Both the position numbers and the translations under genes were made by a program. The notes under the pieces are model-generated. The model was not told the origin of the DNA. It was given only the letters and a program-made list of their open reading frames with translations, and ran no database searches. This document shows positions 57,409 to 64,000 of a DNA stretch of 64,000 nt, in pieces (position 1 is the first letter of the stretch; each line of letters starts with the position of its first letter). Source of the stretch: a virus. Location of the stretch: the IMG/VR virus record IMGVR_UViG_3300001505_000001; one strand, 5' to 3'.

Positions 57409-57640
57409 ATAGTATCGCTCCTTATAAAATGATTCTTTTATTCTGTAATTTTAACGTCAACGACGGGCTTCGTCGATTATTATTTAGGCTTGCCTAACTT
57501 TTATGAGCTACTTGTCTTTCTTTATGATATTTTTACTATAATTTTTGTTGCTATTAAACTGCAAATTACTTTTATCTTTTAAACTTTCTTTTTTCTTATC
57601 TTTTTCCATATTTAAAACTCCTTTACTTTATTATAGTTTG

Positions 57641-57677
57641 ATTATATAATAAAAAACACCCCTTGTCAAGGGTGTTT
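57641..57677 (-). promoter_or_regulatory. Terminator-promoter module D: hairpin acaccccTTGTCAAgggtgt plus A/T run. On the minus strand TTGACA (57669-57664) -17- TATAAT (57646-57641).
   Basis: Hairpin overlaps the stop of gene 57666-58808. Perfect consensus promoter. Confidence 0.55.
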
Positions 57678-58808
57678 TAAAAATTCTGTTGGGTTTTTAT
57701 AACTTGGTTTTTGAACCTCTAATTTACCTTCTAAATTGTTATAGGTAAGAGTAGGAGTATTTTCAACGTCAAAAGGAATAATCTCTTTACTTTTATTCAA
57801 TATTTCATCTATCTCGCTCATTAAGTGAGAAAAATCCGCAAATGACGATTCAACTTTGTTTAAATTGTTTTTACGGAAGCTATAAGTTTTTCTAAAAGGC
57901 TTAATAATAAAATGATATACGTTGTTTTTTCTTACATAATCAAATTCTAAAGAATAATCATCGTGAACCTTTAAACTTTTCTCTTGTAAAATATATCCAT
58001 TAATTGGTATTTTTGTAATACTATCAAAAGCATCTTGAAAGTTTGAAAGGTCATACAATAATTCATTAGTATATGATTCTAGTTTTTCTAAAATATTATT
58101 ATTTACTACTTTATAATTAGGGACAGCAGAATAAAAAGACATTCTGTCTAAAGATATTGCTCTTCCTTTTGATTCATTGGCTCTTAATGATGAAAAATTA
58201 TTATAATCATTTTCTGTTAATAGTAATATTTTTAACTCATTTGATAAATTAAATAAACTAATAACAAACGGGATATTTGAATATTCAAAATGTGTAGATA
58301 GTAATTCATCTTTATTAATATATTTATTGATTTTTTGTTTTGTGTCGTTAAAAATATCAATATTTTTGTTTAAATTGTAAATACTATTTTGAATATCTTT
58401 AATTATAAATGGTACTGTTTCTTTAAATTCTTCTTTGTATAGTTCATTTTTACTTAAGGTCTTCGTATAAGAATAATGTAAATCGTATTTTTTATTACAT
58501 ATAGTAATTTCAATCACACCGAAAAAACCTGTATAAGAAAAGTCTATATATGCTGATACTTTATATTCGTCAGATATATTATAAGTAAATTTAGATAGTT
58601 TTAATTTTGTATTGTTTTCATCAAATGAATAATTAGGAAATATTTTTTCTAATTGCTTACCTATCTCTTTGTACATATACTCTCTTGATACTTCTTCTTT
58701 TTTATTAACAACATTATCAACTTTGTTTTTCATTATATCTGAATGATACACATACATTAACACTAAAGCAATAACAATTAGTAATAAACCAATTAATAAA
58801 AATAGCAT
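57666..58808 (-). CDS. membrane-anchored protein (380 aa; N-terminal TM)
   Basis: N-terminal hydrophobic helix, rest soluble. Confidence 0.5.
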   Translation of the reverse strand: MLFLLIGLLLIVIALVLMYVYHSDIMKNKVDNVVNKKEEVSREYMYKEIGKQLEKIFPNYSFDENNTKLKLSKFTYNISDEYKVSAYIDFSYTGFFGVIEITICNKKYDLHYSYTKTLSKNELYKEEFKETVPFIIKDIQNSIYNLNKNIDIFNDTKQKINKYINKDELLSTHFEYSNIPFVISLFNLSNELKILLLTENDYNNFSSLRANESKGRAISLDRMSFYSAVPNYKVVNNNILEKLESYTNELLYDLSNFQDAFDSITKIPINGYILQEKSLKVHDDYSLEFDYVRKNNVYHFIIKPFRKTYSFRKNNLNKVESSFADFSHLMSEIDEILNKSKEIIPFDVENTPTLTYNNLEGKLEVQKPSYKNPTEFLKHP

Positions 58809-58826
58809 TATAATTAATCTCTCCTT

Positions 58827-59180
58827 TTATTTTTTAAGAAACTCTTCGATTTTATTTTGTTTTTCTATACTTTCGTTTCGTTTTTTCTGTTTTTCATTTA
58901 CATACTCTTCATAATAAACATCAATTAAATCAAATACATTGTCAGACTTATAAATTCTTGCATTCGCTATATCTATACTAAAATCAGTGGTTAAGTCGAT
59001 ATATGTCGTCAATGTGTTATTTTTTACAAATACTAAAGTTGAAATTATATCATTTTCGATATAACGTATTTCATAACCATCTCTTAAACTATATATTTTA
59101 TCGTTACTTTGAGTTTTCGACGACCCATGTGTTTTAATATATTGTGCTAAATCTAAAATATTAAAATCCATTCTTATCAA
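58827..59180 (-). CDS. hypothetical protein (117 aa)
   Basis: ORF in the array. Confidence 0.45.
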   Translation of the reverse strand: MIRMDFNILDLAQYIKTHGSSKTQSNDKIYSLRDGYEIRYIENDIISTLVFVKNNTLTTYIDLTTDFSIDIANARIYKSDNVFDLIDVYYEEYVNEKQKKRNESIEKQNKIEEFLKK

Positions 59181-59202
59181 TCTCCTTATTTATTATATAT
59201 AA

Positions 59203-59238
59203 ACTATAACATAGAAAAAGACCCCTGTCAATAGGGGT
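59203..59238 (-). promoter_or_regulatory. Terminator-promoter module E: hairpin gaccccTGTCAATAggggtc. On the minus strand TTGACA (59231-59226) -17- TATAGT (59208-59203).
   Basis: Same architecture as modules A-D. Confidence 0.5.
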
Positions 59239-59284
59239 CAAGTCAAAAGTTTAACATTTTTTTCATTTTCAATAATTAATTACA

Positions 59285-60079
59285 TTACTTTAAGTTAACA
59301 ATAGGGTCTCCACCAATATTAATTGGTTGGTCGCCCTTCCATTTTTCAATAAGTTGTTTTTGTAATAACTCATCACTTAATGATTGTTCTACGATTTCAT
59401 TTGCTTTCTTAGTACCTTTTGCTTCAATTTCTTTACGTTCAGCTTCTTCCTTAGCAATTTGTTTGTCTACTTTTTTACGTTCTAATTCTTGATTTGCTTT
59501 AACACGACTGTCAATTGCTTTTTGAGTGTTCTTGTCAGCTTTTGGAGAACTTAAAGCAATATCCTCAACAATAAATCCTTGACCTTTAAGATTCTCTTCA
59601 AGTTTATCTAAAGTAGATTTTTTAATTTCACTTGTTTTAACACCGAAAGCATCAATTACTGAATACTTAGAAACAGATTGACGTACGTTATCTTGTACTC
59701 TTGAACGTAGATAACCTTTTTCTAGTTGTTCAATATCTGCACTACCGAATCGATTAAACAATTCAACAGCTTTTGAACTATCAACTTTATAGTTTACATC
59801 AATATCTAAATTAAGATTTTTACCATCTGACGTTGATACATTCATGTCTTTGTAACTAATGGTTTGTGTTCTTGTCGGATATTCATTAACTCTATTCATT
59901 GGTGCTACTACATGCCAACCAGGACTTAAAGTATTGTCTTTGACCCCTTTAGGAGAGTATACAACACCTACTGTTCCTTGTGGAACTCTTTCAATACATA
60001 AGATTGCTATAACAAACAATACAATAACTCCCACCACTAATGCTGATAAGATACCACCTGCTTTAATTTTACTATTCAT
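59285..60079 (-). CDS. SPFH (band 7/stomatin/prohibitin-HflK/C-like) domain membrane protein
   Basis: N-terminal TM then VPQGTVGVVYSPKGVKDNTLSPGWHVVAPMNRVNEY ... typical SPFH start. C-terminal coiled-coil. Confidence 0.65.
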   Translation of the reverse strand: MNSKIKAGGILSALVVGVIVLFVIAILCIERVPQGTVGVVYSPKGVKDNTLSPGWHVVAPMNRVNEYPTRTQTISYKDMNVSTSDGKNLNLDIDVNYKVDSSKAVELFNRFGSADIEQLEKGYLRSRVQDNVRQSVSKYSVIDAFGVKTSEIKKSTLDKLEENLKGQGFIVEDIALSSPKADKNTQKAIDSRVKANQELERKKVDKQIAKEEAERKEIEAKGTKKANEIVEQSLSDELLQKQLIEKWKGDQPINIGGDPIVNLK

Positions 60080-60081
60080 AA

Positions 60082-60357
60082 TTAATCTTCTCCTCTTCTA
60101 ATATCATCATGTAGTTTTTCTAATTCCTCAATATCATTGTCTAATTGTGCGACCTCTGATTCATAACCAGTGATTTTTTGTAGGGCGTTTCTTTTATGCT
60201 GTTTAAAATTTATTTCACGTTCTATCCATGTTATTTCTCTGTCAGTTTCATTTTTTTTAATATGTTCTGTTACATAAGGAATTGTCTTTCTTATGAAAAT
60301 ATATGAAACCATAAATATAATGCTAAACACTAACAAAAAAATTAATATCCATACCAT
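60082..60357 (-). CDS. small TM plus coiled-coil protein (91 aa), possible SPFH partner
   Basis: 3-nt gap to the SPFH gene. N-terminal TM. Confidence 0.4.
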   Translation of the reverse strand: MVWILIFLLVFSIIFMVSYIFIRKTIPYVTEHIKKNETDREITWIEREINFKQHKRNALQKITGYESEVAQLDNDIEELEKLHDDIRRGED

Positions 60358-60368
60358 TTATAGCACCT

Positions 60369-61061
60369 CTATGTTAATATTGTTAATGCTGATTTAGACC
60401 AATTTTCTAAATCTAGTTTTTCAATCTCTTCTTTTGTTTTAAATGAACCTTCTAAAGTATCGGTTTCTTTAGATTCAACTGTCCAATTTTCTGGAATAAC
60501 AATAACATTTAATACTCCTAAATGAACAGAATCAACCTCTGTTTTTTCGTTATATAATAAACCAATAATAGCTGATTCTTTAGTGATTTCATAATGATTA
60601 GTAATTTCAATACCGTCGTCAGTTTTAATAGTAACTTCTTCTTCAAGTTCTCTTGAGTTATTTACTGCTAAAATATGTTCAAAATTCCAAGCGTGCTCTA
60701 CCTCATTTTGATGTCCACCTATACCTATTGAAGATTTACCATGTAATCTAGATTCTCCACTGCCTTCAAGTCTAGTATAAGTAAAATATTTATCTCCTTG
60801 CGCAATAATTGTGTAGGGAATTGGTTGAACGAAATCAAAATTCTCTTCTAAGTCTCCACGTCTACCAACAACCCCTGCAATTTCCCATAAATTATTTAAA
60901 GTATTAATCATTGCATCATAGTCTTCTAAGTTAGTAGGAGCCAACACTTCTACATTTAACATATCTTGAATTAAATTAATTTTTTCTAGTGCTGACTTAT
61001 TAAGTGCTAAAATTTGTTCATCATTTTTATTCATAAATAATTTCTCCTTTTTAATATTCAA
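60369..61061 (-). CDS. hypothetical protein (230 aa) with degenerate Nudix-like motif (..NNSRELEEEVTI..)
   Basis: Partial match to the Nudix box REUxEExGU. Weak. Confidence 0.4.
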   Translation of the reverse strand: MNIKKEKLFMNKNDEQILALNKSALEKINLIQDMLNVEVLAPTNLEDYDAMINTLNNLWEIAGVVGRRGDLEENFDFVQPIPYTIIAQGDKYFTYTRLEGSGESRLHGKSSIGIGGHQNEVEHAWNFEHILAVNNSRELEEEVTIKTDDGIEITNHYEITKESAIIGLLYNEKTEVDSVHLGVLNVIVIPENWTVESKETDTLEGSFKTKEEIEKLDLENWSKSALTILT

Positions 61062-61320
61062 ATTTTAATTCAGCATTTTCTGTATCAGAGATTAGTACAT
61101 AGTCATCTGATACAGTGCTTAAATCAATAGGCTCATCAAAAGCTAGTACAATAGATTTTTCGTTAGGTTCATATTTTTGGAATTTAACCAAGTTGTATTT
61201 ATCAGCGTGTTTAACTACCATCATAATGTGGTGTTCATCATTTTTGGATAACTTGTGTTTAACCAAATCTCCCACCTTCAAATCTAATTTACGATTTCCT
61301 TCTTGAAAAATAAACTTCAT
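61051..61320 (-). CDS. hypothetical protein (89 aa)
   Basis: ORF in the array. Confidence 0.4.
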   Translation of the reverse strand: MKFIFQEGNRKLDLKVGDLVKHKLSKNDEHHIMMVVKHADKYNLVKFQKYEPNEKSIVLAFDEPIDLSTVSDDYVLISDTENAELKFEY

Positions 61321-61351
61321 AATATTTTCTCCTTTCTAACAATCTAATTAT

Positions 61352-61380
61352 AGTATAACAGATGAAAAATCATCTGTCAA
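61352..61380 (-). promoter_or_regulatory. Terminator-promoter module F: TTGACA (61380-61375), hairpin cagatgaAAAAtcatctg in the spacer, TATACT (61357-61352)
   Basis: Immediately after the DnaE stop. -35 / 17 nt / -10. Confidence 0.45.
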
Positions 61381-61383
61381 CTA

Positions 61384-64000
61384 TTATTTTTGTAATTTAT
61401 AAATATAATTTTTGTTGCATTCTTCTATTTTAATAACTGGATTCCTATATATATTATTACCTTTTACATTAAATGCTTCTCCATTTTTATATCCTAATAA
61501 CACCAGCTTTGTACCACGTTCCCACCAAGACTTCTCATTTTCAGTCTCTTCTTGGTATTTTGTATACATTCGTCTAGTAAGTTTTGCAGTAACTACACCA
61601 GAATCTTTAGTTAATATATAAACTAGTTTCTTTTGATTGACATATCCAACAACTACTCCAGTAATAGCGCTAATTTCATATTCTTTAAAACCACGTGAAT
61701 TAGTTTTCAAATAAGGTAAATTCTTTAGTTGTTTAAACTCGGATATGTCATGTTTTTCTGCGACTTTATCAGTATCAATGACAAATTCATCAGAATTGAA
61801 TAATATAGTATCAATTTCCCATTCTGGAATAGTGCCTTGACATTCTTTTACCCAATATTCTTGTCGTTTTTTCTTAGTAAATTCTTTAGCGTATTGTGGT
61901 TTTTTAATTTCTTCTTTTAAAGGTTTTATTTCTTTATTGTAATATTTTTCAAATGATTTAATGTCTATTACTAACTCATCTTCTAAAGTGTAATCAACAT
62001 GTTTAGAATAGTTTTGTATAAATATTTTTTCTATTTCTTCGTTCATCGGTTCTTTATTTCTGCCTTTAATTCTACTTCTAAAATCATGCAGCGCCAATAG
62101 TTTATTGTATTTATCTGGTATTATATCCCTATAATAATCTAATTGAGACATTGTTACTTTTTCTTTTTGTGGTATTTCTAGCTTTACTAATTTAGCCATT
62201 ATATGGCGTCTATCTAATTCTTCTAATGAATCCATAGCACCAGATTTAATTAATGAAATAGTTTTTTTAGTGCTTGTTAGTTTAGTATCAACCATTTTTT
62301 CATAATAATCTTTTAATGATTTAAATGGTCTGTTTTCAATAATAGCATCTAATGTGTTAGTATCTAAACCTAGTATTGGTTTTAATCCATATAAAACTTT
62401 TCCGTTCTGTGCAGTAAATTTAAGTTGAGATTTATTAATGTCTGGTAAAATAATATCATCACTCATACTGTTTACTGCTATAGAAACTTCTGCATAGTCA
62501 GTGCCTTTAGTTAAATTACCTTCAAGACCAGAGTTAATATTGAGACAGGCTGTTTTCCAATAACCTAAACCATATTTATACGCAATATTCATTTCCACCA
62601 TTAAAACTAGTGTATATGCTACCACGTGCGGTAATGAAAATGCGTAATTAAATTGTAACGCAAACTGTTCTTCAAGTATATATTTAGCAAACTCTTCTCG
62701 TTGATTGTTATTTTTCATAACTTGCATAAATTCTTTAGACGCATTCTCGATTTTTTTCTCATCTTTTTTTCCTACTGATTTTCTAAACTTATTTGCAAAA
62801 GTTAATCCACCATTGGCTATTTTAGGGTCAATAATAATATTCATAAGTATTTCTTGTGTGTCACAAATACCAGTTCTTGGCAGCAAGTGTTTTTCCATAA
62901 GCTCTTGTTCATGTTTAGTCAGTCCATATTTATCCATGTCTTGATACCATTCATTGATGTTTTGTTTATATCTTACAAACTTGTCAATTGGTTGTTCTCC
63001 TTCTGTTTGTAAACGAATAATTGTGTTAGTAATAGCCACTTCGTCAAAAGTGTTAGGTTTAATTTTGCGCATCGCATTTCTTGCAACTAGAGACGACATT
63101 TGGAAAGCATCAAATATATCTCCTTTTGAAAGCATATCAAACATTCCATTAGAAGTCAAGTCTAATACGTCTGGGTGGAAATATTTATTATATGTTTCTC
63201 TTAATGAGCCTTGCCATTTAATTTTACCATCTTCTAAAAGTAAGTCCATTGCTTCTCTGATTCTACCTAGAGCTGAAATTGAAAGAAAATCCTCTTTTAA
63301 TTCTCCACAATATTCTCCGTCTTCTGCGTTAAATTGTGTAACTGTTAATCCTTTTGTTGTTTTCATCATTGCATTTTCTTTTAGAAAACTATGTGGATAA
63401 AAAATAACAGAACTTGCATGTTGAGAACGACCACTAATCAATCCCTCTATAGATAACATAACATCTTTTAATCCGTCGTGTTTCTCCACACGTTCAATAA
63501 ATTCTTTAACAGGTTTTCTTTCTTTTTTTTCATTACCAAAGAAACAGTCTGATACAGACCATAAAGAAGCTCCTTCTGATGGTATTAAGTTTGCAATATT
63601 ATGTTGTTCAGCAACGTCTAATCCATATCCACGTGTAGCAGTTATAACTGTAGACTTAGGTCCTTCTGTAGTGAAAGTACAACTATTAAGGATTTTGTCA
63701 TTACCATATCTCTTTCTTGCCAATTCAACAATTTGTTCACGTTTAGAAGCCTCAGCATCGATGTCGATGTCGGGTAATGATTGTCTTTCTTTACTTAAGA
63801 AACGATAGTATGGTAAGTCATAATCTAGTGGATTAAATTGAACAATATCTAGTAGATAGTTCGTATAATAACAAGCAGCTGAACCACGTGCAGGTCCTAC
63901 TAAACTAACTTCCCACATCATGTCAATAATATCTTGTGTTAGTACAAAATAACTTGATAATGGTTGTCCTAATCCTTCTGATATTTCCCATATTTGCTCT
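61384..64000 (-). CDS. dnaE: DNA polymerase III alpha subunit, DnaE-type (C-terminal about 870 aa; 5' end beyond window)
   Basis: SLVGPARGSAA and PDIDIDAE motifs. The minus-strand reading frame stays open to position 64000 (no stop upstream of the listed Met). Confidence 0.8.
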   Translation of the reverse strand, partial: EQIWEISEGLGQPLSSYFVLTQDIIDMMWEVSLVGPARGSAACYYTNYLLDIVQFNPLDYDLPYYRFLSKERQSLPDIDIDAEASKREQIVELARKRYGNDKILNSCTFTTEGPKSTVITATRGYGLDVAEQHNIANLIPSEGASLWSVSDCFFGNEKKERKPVKEFIERVEKHDGLKDVMLSIEGLISGRSQHASSVIFYPHSFLKENAMMKTTKGLTVTQFNAEDGEYCGELKEDFLSISALGRIREAMDLLLEDGKIKWQGSLRETYNKYFHPDVLDLTSNGMFDMLSKGDIFDAFQMSSLVARNAMRKIKPNTFDEVAITNTIIRLQTEGEQPIDKFVRYKQNINEWYQDMDKYGLTKHEQELMEKHLLPRTGICDTQEILMNIIIDPKIANGGLTFANKFRKSVGKKDEKKIENASKEFMQVMKNNNQREEFAKYILEEQFALQFNYAFSLPHVVAYTLVLMVEMNIAYKYGLGYWKTACLNINSGLEGNLTKGTDYAEVSIAVNSMSDDIILPDINKSQLKFTAQNGKVLYGLKPILGLDTNTLDAIIENRPFKSLKDYYEKMVDTKLTSTKKTISLIKSGAMDSLEELDRRHIMAKLVKLEIPQKEKVTMSQLDYYRDIIPDKYNKLLALHDFRSRIKGRNKEPMNEEIEKIFIQNYSKHVDYTLEDELVIDIKSFEKYYNKEIKPLKEEIKKPQYAKEFTKKKRQEYWVKECQGTIPEWEIDTILFNSDEFVIDTDKVAEKHDISEFKQLKNLPYLKTNSRGFKEYEISAITGVVVGYVNQKKLVYILTKDSGVVTAKLTRRMYTKYQEETENEKSWWERGTKLVLLGYKNGEAFNVKGNNIYRNPVIKIEECNKNYIYKLQK

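Noticed and set aside
60369-61061. Assignment of this ORF as a Nudix hydrolase
   Set aside because: Only the REUxEE part of the Nudix box is present, and the GX5EX7 spacing does not fit. It is kept as hypothetical with a note.

Overview
This 64-kb window is a contiguous piece of a large, AT-rich (about 30% GC) tailed-phage genome. The phi11-like CHAP/amidase/SH3b endolysin, YopX proteins and the overall module content point to a Staphylococcus-type host; this is an inference from sequence, no search was run. Layout of the window: (i) 1-4734, rightward cluster of at least 12 small early ORFs driven by near-identical promoter/RBS cassettes and 11-bp iteron-like operators. (ii) 4735-6360, non-coding convergence zone containing a roughly 1.3-kb low-complexity tract that is almost devoid of C on the + strand, with tandem TATATAA-GGCG repeats. 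(iii) 6362-10921, leftward accessory cluster with a thermonuclease, a DUF4258-like putative toxin and membrane proteins. (iv) 10922-11843, non-coding region with a candidate cos site. (v) 11844-47505, rightward late/structural module: HNH, TerS (P27 family), an Ro60/TROVE-vWA-like protein, an SbcD/Mre11-like phosphoesterase, tRNA-Pro and a tRNA-like element, an intron-split TerL, portal, HK97 protease, MCP, connectors, MTP, G/GT frameshift chaperone, a 2355-aa tape measure with M23 and SLT domains, Dit, Tal, beta-helix tailspike, fibre, holin, and a three-exon endolysin. (vi) 47640-48620, tyrosine recombinase. (vii) 48657-64000, leftward module with YopX-like proteins, guanylate kinase, a Pnkp-like kinase/phosphatase/ligase RNA-repair enzyme, membrane proteins, an SPFH protein and a DnaE-type Pol III alpha that runs off the window. 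Three group I introns are present, one in terL and two in the endolysin gene, two of them carrying homing-endonuclease ORFs (GIY-YIG and HNH). Main hunting results: a candidate Ro60/Y-RNA-like module between terS and terL; the C-depleted repeat tract; and six terminator-promoter fusion modules on the leftward genes, each with a consensus TTGACA -35 box in or beside a hairpin.
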